From IMG/VR virus record IMGVR_UViG_2778261087_000003: DNA of 64,000 bases; one strand, 5' to 3'. Below are positions 53,766-63,632 of the stretch, piece by piece. A program made the translations under genes and the position numbers. The number at the start of each line of letters is the position of its first letter. Position 1 is the stretch's first letter. Under the pieces are notes generated by a model, which was not told the DNA's origin, did no database searches, and saw only the letters and a list, made by a program, of their open reading frames with translations. Source of the stretch: a virus (lineage: Duplodnaviria > Heunggongvirae > Uroviricota > Caudoviricetes).

Positions 53766-54581
53766 ATGAGCAAAAACTTTTTTCAATCCGGGGCATTTTT
53801 GGGGAATGGACTGTCCCGTTTCGCTTTGAACTCTGATCCTGTGCAGCTGATGGAGTCTGCCCGAGCAAGCGCTGAACCGCCAACAGATCCGGTTATTAAT
53901 AATAATCCGGAACCGGCGGCACAGACTAACGATAACGTTCCATCTGCCCCGGCTCCTGAGCAAATCCTGGAAGGGAAAGACGGTAAAGAATGGACCGTCG
54001 AACAGGCGCACCAGATGATTCTGGAAGCTGCAAATCGAAGTGCTATGCAGAATGCGTTGAGTGATGCGGCCGACGCCGTTTTCGCCTGGGCTGATAGCGG
54101 TGATCTGACTTTCGACTCCCTTGATGGTTTCGTTCAGGCTATCGCTGGTATCTCTGATGACGACGACTCCGAAGTTACAGAAGAACAGGACGATGCCTAT
54201 AACGAAGCATGGGCAAATGTTGCTGACTTCCTCGCAGCATGCGGTGTAGATGATGACCTGATCGAAGCACTGGCTGACGATGAAGACGACGACGCAGCTG
54301 CTGATGTTGGTGCCTCTATCGCTGGTTTAGATAGCGACGACCGCGACGAACTGGAAGCGGCGTTTGTTGTTGCTGGCACTTCTGATGAAATGCTGACTGA
54401 AGCATTTAAGAAGGTTGTTCGTAATGGTGAGATCAAACTCATCCGTAAACGCCTGCGTAAAAAACGTCTGACTGCGGCTCAAAAATCGGCGCTGAAAAAA
54501 GCGCGTCGAAAAGCCCAGACCGGCGCGGCAAAACTTGCCCGCAAAAAGTCAATGAAACTGCGCCGTAAGCGCCTTGGCTAA
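53766..54581 (+). CDS. hypothetical protein with extremely acidic core and Lys/Arg-rich C-terminal tail
   Basis: 271 aa; Asp/Glu-rich stretch (DDDDSEVTEEQDD...ADDEDDDAAAD) and a basic C-terminus (RKRLRKKRL...RKKSMKLRRKRLG). Confidence 0.5.
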   Translation: MSKNFFQSGAFLGNGLSRFALNSDPVQLMESARASAEPPTDPVINNNPEPAAQTNDNVPSAPAPEQILEGKDGKEWTVEQAHQMILEAANRSAMQNALSDAADAVFAWADSGDLTFDSLDGFVQAIAGISDDDDSEVTEEQDDAYNEAWANVADFLAACGVDDDLIEALADDEDDDAAADVGASIAGLDSDDRDELEAAFVVAGTSDEMLTEAFKKVVRNGEIKLIRKRLRKKRLTAAQKSALKKARRKAQTGAAKLARKKSMKLRRKRLG

Positions 54582-54616
54582 AGGAGGAGGCCGGAGAACT
54601 CCGGCCTTTAACTTGA

Positions 54617-55198
54617 ATGGCACCTATACCTTATGGGGTTTACAGCCAGGCTGACGGTGTATCGCCATTTCTGAAAGTTACTTTAACGAACTCTCAGTAC
54701 CAGGTTACCGGATATATCAGCCAGGGGGCAGCAATGAACATGGCCCAGAATTGGGAAGCGCCGTTTACCGGTATGTCCATGGGGTCTGTTGCTGGTGCTT
54801 TCAGTGGTTTTGCGCAGGTTGGTACTGAAACAACGTCGGTGGCCCGTTGGAACAGCTTAATGGTTTGGGAGGGGGGAACACCGCCGACTTTCACGCTGCC
54901 AGTAACTTTCATCGCTTTGTTTGACCCATTCACGGAGGTTTCAGGAGCTATCGCCGCATTGTCAGCGATGATTAGCCCGGAACTTAAAGATGCCAGCATT
55001 GGTGGTCGAATCCCGGAGCGTGTGACGCTAAACATTGGTCGCCGGATCAACATCATTGATGTCGCTATCCAGGACATAAGTTTCGATCTCGATGCGCCCA
55101 GGGACAGCAATGGGCATTTCCTGAAAAACACCGTCAACCTCCAGTTGACCGGTTCTTCGATATATAACAGCTCCGATATTGTTCGGGCGTTCCAGTAA
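54617..55198 (+). CDS. hypothetical structural protein (tail region)
   Basis: 193-aa ORF in the tail gene cluster. Confidence 0.45.
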   Translation: MAPIPYGVYSQADGVSPFLKVTLTNSQYQVTGYISQGAAMNMAQNWEAPFTGMSMGSVAGAFSGFAQVGTETTSVARWNSLMVWEGGTPPTFTLPVTFIALFDPFTEVSGAIAALSAMISPELKDASIGGRIPERVTLNIGRRINIIDVAIQDISFDLDAPRDSNGHFLKNTVNLQLTGSSIYNSSDIVRAFQ

Positions 55199-55209
55199 AA
55201 GGATTTTAT

Positions 55210-55719
55210 ATGGGGCACAATAACACTAAGGGAAACCGTAAATTTATTAAGGGCCGCTATACTGCCAACGCGGCCAAAGGCGAACGACTGGTATCTTCTG
55301 AATTCCAGCTCACTTTTGCAGGCCATGAAGATATCAGCGTACTGGTTCGCACGTCGCAAATTCCTGAAATGACCCGCGAGGATGTGGAGGACTATGGTCC
55401 GAATGGTGTGAAGTTCAACCAGCACGGTCCAATTCGAAACTCTGGGGAAATCCAGGTCCAGTGCGTGGAGACTATCGAAGGCGATATTCTTCAGTTCATT
55501 AAAGATCGCATTGCGGCGAAGGACTATGTTGATATCACGATGGCTGCGACCCCTGAATCCAAATCTTCCGGGGTTAACGCTGTGACAAAAGCTGCTACAA
55601 CAATTGAAATGTTGGACTGCAAAATCTACAGTGATGCAATCGACTTTAGTACCGAAGATGTGACTGCCGCTGTGCGCCCGTCACTTCGTATCGTCTACAA
55701 CTGGATTGAGTGGGATTAA
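55210..55719 (+). CDS. hypothetical structural protein (possibly tail tube-like)
   Basis: 169-aa ORF, last gene before a terminator. Confidence 0.45.
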   Translation: MGHNNTKGNRKFIKGRYTANAAKGERLVSSEFQLTFAGHEDISVLVRTSQIPEMTREDVEDYGPNGVKFNQHGPIRNSGEIQVQCVETIEGDILQFIKDRIAAKDYVDITMAATPESKSSGVNAVTKAATTIEMLDCKIYSDAIDFSTEDVTAAVRPSLRIVYNWIEWD

Positions 55720-55738
55720 GAGTCATCCCTTGTATTTT

Positions 55739-55763
55739 AAAGCTCCTTCGGGAGCTTTTTTAT
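55739..55763. terminator. rho-independent terminator
   Basis: agctcc-ttcg-ggagct hairpin followed by TTTTTTATTT. Confidence 0.65.
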
Positions 55764-55835
55764 TTGGAGAGGAAAGGGTGCATTGAGGATACCTGACACA
55801 CGAAGAGTGGCGAGGATCTCTCCCCGCTAGGTCTC

Positions 55836-55991
55836 TTACCTTTCAGATTCGTAGGCTGTGAAGACAGTGACCTCCGTCTGGCCGGTTCGGATTCGTACCT
55901 CGCAGAGGTCTTTCCTCGTTACCAGTGCCGTCACAATGACGGTTAAACAGATGACGATCAGAGCGATTAACATCGCTTTTTGCTGCTTCAT
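55836..55991 (-). CDS. Hok/Gef-family type I toxin
   Basis: 51-aa ORF MKQQKAMLIALIVICLTVIVTALVTRKDLCEVRIRTGQTEVTVFTAYESER, closely resembling Hok (TM helix, conserved RKxLCE and AYES motifs); below the ORF-track size cut-off. Confidence 0.75.
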   Translation of the reverse strand: MKQQKAMLIALIVICLTVIVTALVTRKDLCEVRIRTGQTEVTVFTAYESER

Positions 55992-56172
55992 AGCCTGCTT
56001 CTCCTTGACCTTTTGGTCGGTAAGAGGCTAATCTACGTATGCTAAGCATAGATATGGCCTCAGATTAATGTTAAGCGTCTTGCAGGACGCGTAATGTTAT
56101 CTGGGGCTTTCTTCTATCTGCTTTTCGGGTAATGCCTGAAGCAGATAGCCTCAAGCACCCGCAACGATTGTA

Positions 56173-56418
56173 TCAATGTCTGGCTTTTTTTCTATAGAAA
56201 TCACCTGGAAGGGTGAATATCCACATCAGAAGAAATGTTGCAGCAAACATGATCCCTAATGGCCAGACCGCGCCAAAGAAAATCCATACTAAGATCTCCT
56301 CTGCTCGTTCTTTGCGGTCGATATCGACAAGCATTTTTCGGCTGATCATGTATACACAGAAGCCAATACAAACATATCCTGCAAAAGCGATCGCTAACTG
56401 TAAAAAATCAGATTGCAT
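56173..56418 (-). CDS. small membrane protein
   Basis: ORF track 56173..56499; GAGGT RBS precedes Met28 (MQSDFLQ...); two hydrophobic helices. Confidence 0.4.
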   Translation of the reverse strand: MQSDFLQLAIAFAGYVCIGFCVYMISRKMLVDIDRKERAEEILVWIFFGAVWPLGIMFAATFLLMWIFTLPGDFYRKKARH

Positions 56419-56448
56419 CTCCGACCTCAAACTGAAAACGCCAGGTGA

Positions 56449-56465
56449 CTCCAGATTAGAGCAAT
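56449..56465. promoter_or_regulatory. C1 operator-like sequence
   Basis: Minus-strand reading ATTGCTCTAATCTGGAG (11/17 to consensus) at the 3' end of repL. Confidence 0.3.
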
Positions 56466-56468
56466 CTA

Positions 56469-57314
56469 TCACCCTCTGAATCCTGCCGATATACCCCATT
56501 GTTCGTTATCTTTATTTTTGGCTAAAACCGCATTAAGAGCTTCGTTTACCGTCATGCAATGCGGCAGATTATCGAAGTTTGATACCCCGCCAATATCAGG
56601 AGAACGCTTGTTCTTCAGGTAAGCATATTTCCGCGCTGCCGCCTCTACTTTCTGCTTGAACTCATGTTTTTGAGCGCGTTTTTTGGATAACCGCAGATTG
56701 TCAGCCTTTGCTTTTGCCTCAGCGATCCAGGAAGTCAAATTTTTGAGCCTGGTCGTTCCGGCACCGCCGGAAACTGATCTTTCTGTTTTTTTAACTTGTG
56801 ACTTCTTATTCTTTATTGCCACGTCATCCTGACAGGGGGAGGGGGTATCATTTTGACATGGGGGTGTGGATAAAAAATTAAATAAAGCCAATGTCTTAGC
56901 GAGAACAGCTTTAACCTTGGTTGCCGCTGAAGAGATCTTTAATTTGCTTTCAATCAGCGCATTTTTGGCTTGTTGTGCGAAGGCCAAAAATGATGGTGTA
57001 AACCGGTACAGGTTAGCGCGACGTTCACGGTGATCGCCGATAACAATCTCTACAGACAGAATTCCTTTGTTTACAGCTTCACGGAATGCACGAACGACGG
57101 TTGATTGGCTATAACCAGTTTCTGCCGCGATCAGGCGGTGAGGCTTGTGAATGAAGTATTCACTGGTTGTTGCCGCGAGATTTGCACATTGCGACAGGAT
57201 ATGCCCGGCGCTACGGGATAGACCGGAGTGTGTTACAAAGCAGGCCAATTCATAGCCAGAAAAAGTAAAATCGCTCATCGTTATACAGCTCAGGAAAGTG
57301 ACTTTAGCCAGCAT
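56469..57314 (-). CDS. repL: RepL lytic replication initiator
   Basis: 281-aa ORF immediately downstream of kilA in a C1-operator-controlled operon, as P1 repL; N-terminal HTH-like region. Confidence 0.65.
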   Translation of the reverse strand: MLAKVTFLSCITMSDFTFSGYELACFVTHSGLSRSAGHILSQCANLAATTSEYFIHKPHRLIAAETGYSQSTVVRAFREAVNKGILSVEIVIGDHRERRANLYRFTPSFLAFAQQAKNALIESKLKISSAATKVKAVLAKTLALFNFLSTPPCQNDTPSPCQDDVAIKNKKSQVKKTERSVSGGAGTTRLKNLTSWIAEAKAKADNLRLSKKRAQKHEFKQKVEAAARKYAYLKNKRSPDIGGVSNFDNLPHCMTVNEALNAVLAKNKDNEQWGISAGFRG

Positions 57315-57343
57315 TACAATGCTGGTGGTTCTTACTACGTCTG

Positions 57344-58144
57344 TTAGCGCGTTGCCGCGACAGGTACCAGCACACCAGCATCAAGCAATCGCTTCATCAG
57401 CCACTGCTGACCTTTGCCGGTTATACGAGTCGTGAAAGAAATCCTGCTTCCATTGCTTGTATCGATCACGGTTTCTTTAAGGGTGAAATACCCACGGGAT
57501 ATGTATTCTTGTTTGGGGACGTTCCTGCGTTCACCGGTTGCGATCAGAATTCCGTTATCACGCAACCAGGTGAAGAGATAGTTTTGGCCCAGGCCGAGCA
57601 CTTTGGCATAGTTGCCGATTAGAACCCCGCTGGCGGTAGCAACGCGTTCGGCGAATTCGACTTTAGGTGCATCCATCAGCATTTTTTGCTCCAGCCGTTG
57701 CTTTTGCTCTGCAAGGTCAGCAGCCAAACGGAGAGCTTCTGGGAGGCTCTTCGGAATAGCAGGTTGTAATCTTCCCGCTCGATAGTCGATAAATGTCTGG
57801 TTTACCTTCAGCCGAAACGCGGGAGAAATCCAACCAGCGTACTCCACTGCGAGCAATTCATGGGCAAAAGTGCCGCCGCCACGGCCTTCGAACGAAACTA
57901 TGCAATTCTGCATAGTTTCTTTTTCAAGCTCTTCGATGAGCTGTTTGGCTGACAGCGTTCTTAGCCATTGAGCTGGCGCTTTATGGGCACCGAGTCCGCT
58001 CGCTCTGTGTAGAGCATTAAGGTTGTAACGGCCAGCGCGGTCGGTCGTAATTTCAACACCACAAATAACAGGCAGAGTGGTTGAAGGATCGACATTTTGA
58101 TGAAGGTTTGATATATTCATATCCGCATTGAATGTTTGTTGCAT
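57344..58144 (-). CDS. kilA: KilA (KilA-N domain plus antirepressor-type C-terminal domain)
   Basis: 266 aa; C-terminal ~110 aa (LPEALRLAADLAEQK...TGKGQQWL) is shared with the Ant ORF upstream. Confidence 0.8.
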   Translation of the reverse strand: MQQTFNADMNISNLHQNVDPSTTLPVICGVEITTDRAGRYNLNALHRASGLGAHKAPAQWLRTLSAKQLIEELEKETMQNCIVSFEGRGGGTFAHELLAVEYAGWISPAFRLKVNQTFIDYRAGRLQPAIPKSLPEALRLAADLAEQKQRLEQKMLMDAPKVEFAERVATASGVLIGNYAKVLGLGQNYLFTWLRDNGILIATGERRNVPKQEYISRGYFTLKETVIDTSNGSRISFTTRITGKGQQWLMKRLLDAGVLVPVAATR

Positions 58145-58213
58145 TTTTTCTCCAAATTTGCATCAACCTTCAATCACCAGCTCGAAATGGTGATTCTTTG
58201 CACTTAGAAAACG

Positions 58214-58230
58214 AAATTTATTAGAGCAAA
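58214..58230. promoter_or_regulatory. C1 operator controlling the kilA-repL operon
   Basis: Minus-strand reading TTTGCTCTAATAAATTT. Confidence 0.65.
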
Positions 58231-58307
58231 TTTTTCTGACTCGATCCAGATCGGGTTGGTCGATCTGCTCAGAAACCTGCCAGTTTGCTGGCAGGTTTTT
58301 TCTTTTG

Positions 58308-59351
58308 TTAACCTATTGCTACTGGTTTTAACAAACCAGCATCAAGTAGCTTGCGAGTTAACCACTGCTGGCCTTTACCCGTTAATTGGGGCGTCAGCCG
58401 TATCTGGTAGCCATTTTCATCATCCAGCACCACTTCTTTCACCGTGAAATACCCGGCGTTAATGTACTGCTGGCGCGGTACGTTTTTGCGCGCACCAAAA
58501 GCCATGAGAATGCCGTTCTGGCGCAACCATGAGAAAAGGGCGTTTTGCTTAAGTCCAACGACCTTTGCAAAGTTCCCGATCAGGATTCCATTAGCCACTG
58601 ATACCCGGTCGGCAAAATCGACTTTAGGGGCTGCGGCCACCAGCTGTTGTTCCAGCTGCAATTTCTGTTCTGCCAACTCGGCAGCCAGGCGTAGGGCTTC
58701 TGGTAATGTTTGGGGGATCGATGGGGTAGGGGAGTTTGCCTGCTGCAATTCTTCCAGTTTGTCGATCAGCGAACGGCGGACCGCTTTCGATTCGCGCGCG
58801 GCGACTCGCAGGGCTTGTTTGTAGGTCATGGTTATGACAACCATAGGCGTACCGCCACCTGGCGGCACGGTTGCACTTTTTGTGTAACCGTCCTCACCTT
58901 CTAATTCGTCGAGTATTTTTTCGATGAATTTGTTGTTCCGAACCTCTGGTTCCCCACATAACTTACGCGCTTCATTGACCATCTTTAACAGTGTCAGGCT
59001 GTCGATTGTGTCTCCGGTGGTGGGGATGACATTCACGGCTGGTGCTGGCGTTGCTGAAGCAACAGGTGCTGGTTTTTTAACATTCAAATTATTACTGGTC
59101 ATTCTATGTGCCTCCTTTCTCATTTCTGCTGCCACCGTTGCGTAACGTAGACGTCCTTGTTCAATCAAATAATCCCTGATCTCGGCTATCAGTAGCCTGT
59201 TGATCACAGCCTTATCTGTTCGGGTATAAAAACGCCTGGTTATCATGAAATAGTTGGCAATTGCGCCGGGGATCTCCCGTGTCGGTATACAGGCAGTATG
59301 CAGGGCGATCGCTTCGGCTATGTCATTACGGGTGACGAGAGGTTTTTTCAT
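58308..59351 (-). CDS. ant1: Ant1 antirepressor (Ant2 would be an in-frame internal start)
   Basis: 347 aa; C-terminal antirepressor domain shared with KilA; downstream of the icd-like ORF. Confidence 0.8.
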   Translation of the reverse strand: MKKPLVTRNDIAEAIALHTACIPTREIPGAIANYFMITRRFYTRTDKAVINRLLIAEIRDYLIEQGRLRYATVAAEMRKEAHRMTSNNLNVKKPAPVASATPAPAVNVIPTTGDTIDSLTLLKMVNEARKLCGEPEVRNNKFIEKILDELEGEDGYTKSATVPPGGGTPMVVITMTYKQALRVAARESKAVRRSLIDKLEELQQANSPTPSIPQTLPEALRLAAELAEQKLQLEQQLVAAAPKVDFADRVSVANGILIGNFAKVVGLKQNALFSWLRQNGILMAFGARKNVPRQQYINAGYFTVKEVVLDDENGYQIRLTPQLTGKGQQWLTRKLLDAGLLKPVAIG

Positions 59352-59569
59352 AAACCCCCCTGAACGTCGGCAGAGAAGGGGAGGCTCCAGTAACTAAGTG
59401 AATTGCGCGAGTTAGTTGAAAAACGGGCAGTAAAAATGCAGGGGCCATCAGGCAATTGAGAGCGTGCTTCGTCTTCAGTTGCTGCGATAACGAAGTGATA
59501 GTGGTGTTTTTTACAGGAATAGAAACGCCAGATGAATTCTGGGCGTGCGCAAGGATTGGCATTAACCAT
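59348..59569 (-). CDS. icd: Icd-like small protein overlapping the ant start
   Basis: 73-aa ORF with 4-nt overlap onto ant1, as in the P1 c4-icd-ant operon. Confidence 0.55.
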   Translation of the reverse strand: MVNANPCARPEFIWRFYSCKKHHYHFVIAATEDEARSQLPDGPCIFTARFSTNSRNSLSYWSLPFSADVQGGL

Positions 59570-59883
59570 AGTTACGGCCTCACAATCAGGTTTAACAACC
59601 TGCTACCCGCTGCTAAACAGGTGGCAGGACGTGACGGGGTTAGCAGACTGGCGATTGTGAAACCAGCAGGCCGAAGCCTCCCCATCACGCCCCACCATAA
59701 TTTGGGCGTAACGCGGTTTTACGGACACAAAAATACCGCAATATCGGATATCTGCGGCTGTCCGCACAATCATTCAGGCTGCTAAACCCGGTCGCAGAAT
59801 TTGCTACGACGGCGGAACTATAAGCCTGAACGATTAAAAGGTCAATATGATGCGAAAAGATAGCATTCGTGACTTAAAAATAC

Positions 59884-59900
59884 AAATTTATTAGAGCATT
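59884..59900. promoter_or_regulatory. C1 operator controlling the immI (c4-icd-ant) operon
   Basis: Minus-strand reading AATGCTCTAATAAATTT. Confidence 0.65.
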
Positions 59901-59996
59901 ATCTGCTTAATAAATACACAATTGGATCTAATAACCTCTTTTTTTTAAAGGCGAAAATATGTACCCTAAATGGGTTATAAGGCAGGTGAGGTTATA

Positions 59997-60128
59997 ATGA
60001 GAAAACTATTACTATCGTTATTATTTATGGCTGGGACTGTTAATGCAGCATCAAGCGTAAAGGAGATTTGTACCGATTATACGAAATACCTTTGGCAAGT
60101 TTACGCCTTTGCGATCAATGACTATTAA
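59997..60128 (+). CDS. possible 43-aa secreted peptide
   Basis: MRKLLLSLLFMAGTVNAAS signal-peptide-like N-terminus; GGTGAGG RBS; below the ORF-track cut-off. Confidence 0.4.
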   Translation: MRKLLLSLLFMAGTVNAASSVKEICTDYTKYLWQVYAFAINDY

Positions 60129-60149
60129 TCCATGCGTAGGAGTGGATTT

Positions 60150-60467
60150 ATGCTGATTCGTTTGTTTTTAGTGCTTTCCTTTTTAACATTTAATGTTTTT
60201 GCTGATGAAGTTGACTTTTCGAAGGTAGATTGTAATTCAGTGGAAACAAGAAAAGCTCTTATTGAAGAATATAACGAAATATTATCGTCATATGGAATAA
60301 CAGTGGTTGATTCTTATAATCAAAAAACTATTCAGAAAGGAATAAATAAACTGGTCTGTTATGGGGTTTACCAATATTCAGATGGCTCTTCGGAGTATGT
60401 TATTTATAAAGCATACCCAAATAGTCTTGGTGAATTAATTAGTGAGTTTAAACCGATTAATGAGTGA
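60150..60467 (+). CDS. small secreted protein (sim-like region)
   Basis: Start at MLIRLFLVLSFLTFNVFA with AGGAG RBS; signal peptide; very AT-rich. Confidence 0.5.
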   Translation: MLIRLFLVLSFLTFNVFADEVDFSKVDCNSVETRKALIEEYNEILSSYGITVVDSYNQKTIQKGINKLVCYGVYQYSDGSSEYVIYKAYPNSLGELISEFKPINE

Positions 60468-60474
60468 ATGGAAA

Positions 60475-61254
60475 ATGAAATTATTTAATGTAATAACATT
60501 TTGTTGTGCTGTTTTTGCTGGAAGCGCGATAGCTGATAATAAATTGCCAGATTGGCTTTCTACCTCAAAGAAAGATTATGATTTAGTAAGGGCATTCTAT
60601 TTGTCTGGATTTGCTTCGAAAGCAATGAACAATCAATTTGGTTATCATTTGCCATCTGAGTTGGTTAATGATTTTAAAGATAATGAATTTGCTGCTCAGG
60701 AAAAATGGAACACAATTCCAATTGTGTATGGTGAAATAAAATCCATAAGAATGGTGAATAATAAACCAATTGTAGAGTTATTTACTCCAGGGGAAAATGC
60801 AACGCCACTAAATTATATCAAATTGAAAATATTGGATTCAAAGCAAGACTCTCTGTTAAAACTAAAAAAAGGGGATGATATATATGCAGTGTGCTCAGGT
60901 GCTAATTTTAGCTTAGTGCCAATTCTGAGCAACTGCACTCCAGCAACAGACGTCATTGATGCTGCACTCTCTTTTTCTGGTGAATATATGTTCCCTGCTT
61001 TTGATTCTTTTTCACCTACTAAGCAAAACGTCAAATATATATTCACAAATCAAGATCCTGTTCAGATGATGAATTTTATAGGGTACCTATCCTTAGTCGA
61101 TACAACGAAGGATAAGAAAAAAATGGATATGGTTCGTAAGTGTACGCCTTGGAAGCCGGAATGTTCACAACAATTCGTTGATGTAATGGAAGGATTTGAT
61201 AGCATCATGTATAAATATGAGGGAGAATTTAAAAATTACATAGAATTAAAATAG
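60475..61254 (+). CDS. secreted protein (possible superinfection-exclusion, SimC-like by position)
   Basis: Start at MKLFNVITFCCAVFAGSAIA (signal peptide); 259 aa; very AT-rich. Confidence 0.5.
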   Translation: MKLFNVITFCCAVFAGSAIADNKLPDWLSTSKKDYDLVRAFYLSGFASKAMNNQFGYHLPSELVNDFKDNEFAAQEKWNTIPIVYGEIKSIRMVNNKPIVELFTPGENATPLNYIKLKILDSKQDSLLKLKKGDDIYAVCSGANFSLVPILSNCTPATDVIDAALSFSGEYMFPAFDSFSPTKQNVKYIFTNQDPVQMMNFIGYLSLVDTTKDKKKMDMVRKCTPWKPECSQQFVDVMEGFDSIMYKYEGEFKNYIELK

Positions 61255-61291
61255 TATTTGAAAGGATAGTCAATTTAAGTTTTAAAAAAAA

Positions 61292-61320
61292 ACGCCCATT
61301 AAAGGGCGTTTTATTGTTTT
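61292..61320. terminator. rho-independent terminator
   Basis: acgccc-attaaa-gggcgt hairpin followed by TTTTATTGTTTT. Confidence 0.65.
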
Positions 61321-61442
61321 ACTCAAAACAACCTGATTATGTGATAACCATATCATATCCCTCATTCCACCTACACTGATTACCCCCCCAGACAACAATA
61401 TTCCTACTCAATGAACAAATGACTACTCGTAGAATCGGTTAA

Positions 61443-62033
<591 letters not shown>

Positions 62034-62043
62034 GAGGGCTGAT

Positions 62044-62655
62044 ATGGGGTTTAATGTTGCTTCAGTAAAGTCTTATGTATCTTCGGCATTAACGACGACA
62101 TTATTTGGCTCCGGCGTTGGTGAACGGGAAGTTGGTAAGCTGACGTCAATCATCATGAACAAAATGCTGTTCGCGCAAGGATGGCAGTTCTCTGTCGAAG
62201 TTGATGGACTGGAGGGGGCAGACTTCTTTGCCAAAGACATTACCTACCACGATTACAGCATCGAATATGAAACGATTAAAATCGGCGGAGGGAATATCCT
62301 TCAACCAACGGAGCGTTCGCCTGGGCAGATAACAATGATGGTCAGGGATACCGTTGATGGCCTCGTTTTGGACTGGTTTAAGACGGCAAAAAGTCGGGTG
62401 ATCAATCCGGACGGTACCGGGAATATACCGTCTAAATATTTGCTCAATGTGCGTATTTATCGGTTGCTGTCTTCCGGCTTAACCAAACTGGAAAATGAGA
62501 TGACGGTATTCCCGGTCACTACCGGCGATGTCACCTATGCACGAGATCAGGTTACTGAATTTAAGTCATTCCCAATGACCTTCGCATTGCACAGCACGTT
62601 TAACCAATCCTCAAGTTCTTTGGCTTCCCTTCTGGGCTTTAGCTTTTCTCTTTGA
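62044..62655 (+). CDS. hypothetical structural protein
   Basis: 203-aa ORF; GAGGG RBS. Confidence 0.5.
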   Translation: MGFNVASVKSYVSSALTTTLFGSGVGEREVGKLTSIIMNKMLFAQGWQFSVEVDGLEGADFFAKDITYHDYSIEYETIKIGGGNILQPTERSPGQITMMVRDTVDGLVLDWFKTAKSRVINPDGTGNIPSKYLLNVRIYRLLSSGLTKLENEMTVFPVTTGDVTYARDQVTEFKSFPMTFALHSTFNQSSSSLASLLGFSFSL

Positions 62656-62669
62656 ATTAAGGAGCAAGG

Positions 62670-63551
62670 ATGCTTTTACCTCTTTTCCCGCTACCATCGC
62701 GGCCAACTGAATTGATCCAGTTCCGTCAGCCAAATATTGCTGATGCGATGCGTTTCAACTCGATAACACCGGAGGAACAAGAACAACAGACAACGGCGTA
62801 TTTAAAAGCCTTGCTGGCTGAACCCGCGAAACATGATCCCCTGACATGGACGGCGCAGGACCGGATTACCGCGTTATGGTGGATATTTACCGGCTCCCGT
62901 GAAACACCGGTCGAGACATTCACCTACACCTGTAAACATTGCGGTAAAGAGCATTATTACGATTGCGATATGAATGCTCTGGCTGAAGATATCCAGGTCC
63001 TGGAAGTGGAACCTTTCATTGACGATATTGAGGTGTCTGTAGAGGGAGTACCTTATCAATGGCGTATCGTGCCGCTTGATGGTTGGGCAATGGAAATGCT
63101 GGAGATGCGCCGTGCAGCATTGCCACCTGAAGACGACGCGGAATTCAAAGAAGCGATCGTTGATTTGCGTTTTTGGGAATTCGCTTATCAGTGTGAGCTT
63201 TATAACGATGTTAGCGGTACTCGTGAAGATCAGGCCGAGCGTCGTTATGAAACGATTAAACGGATGGCCATTGATACTGAATTTATGAAGCTGGCGGCAC
63301 ACATCCGACTGGCTCATGAAAAGCTCGAACATGGTTTACCGTGCTACATCGATAAAGGTGAAATGCGTCTTCGTCTCCCGCCGCATAAATGCCCAAACCA
63401 AGATAAAAAGGAGTCCACAGAGGGTGCGTATACCCGTCTGTGGGTGCCCTTTCGGGCTACCGACTTCATTCCACAGGTGGGGATTGAAAAGCTATCAGAC
63501 CTTAGTGTCCAACCTGGTTTTGTATGGGGGTATACCGATTCAGGACGCTGA
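62670..63551 (+). CDS. hypothetical protein
   Basis: 293-aa ORF; AAGGAG RBS; CxxC pair (CKHCG). Confidence 0.5.
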   Translation: MLLPLFPLPSRPTELIQFRQPNIADAMRFNSITPEEQEQQTTAYLKALLAEPAKHDPLTWTAQDRITALWWIFTGSRETPVETFTYTCKHCGKEHYYDCDMNALAEDIQVLEVEPFIDDIEVSVEGVPYQWRIVPLDGWAMEMLEMRRAALPPEDDAEFKEAIVDLRFWEFAYQCELYNDVSGTREDQAERRYETIKRMAIDTEFMKLAAHIRLAHEKLEHGLPCYIDKGEMRLRLPPHKCPNQDKKESTEGAYTRLWVPFRATDFIPQVGIEKLSDLSVQPGFVWGYTDSGR

Positions 63552-63632
63552 AAGGCTCACTGAATCCTATGCGTTTTTCCTGTTGGAGAAGCTGGAAGAA
63601 AAACTTAAACCGAAACGGTAGGCGATAAGATC

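Noticed and set aside
53505-55425. Minus-strand ORFs of 168 and 243 aa overlapping the sheath and tail genes
   Set aside because: Antisense to a tightly packed, RBS-supported plus-strand structural operon.
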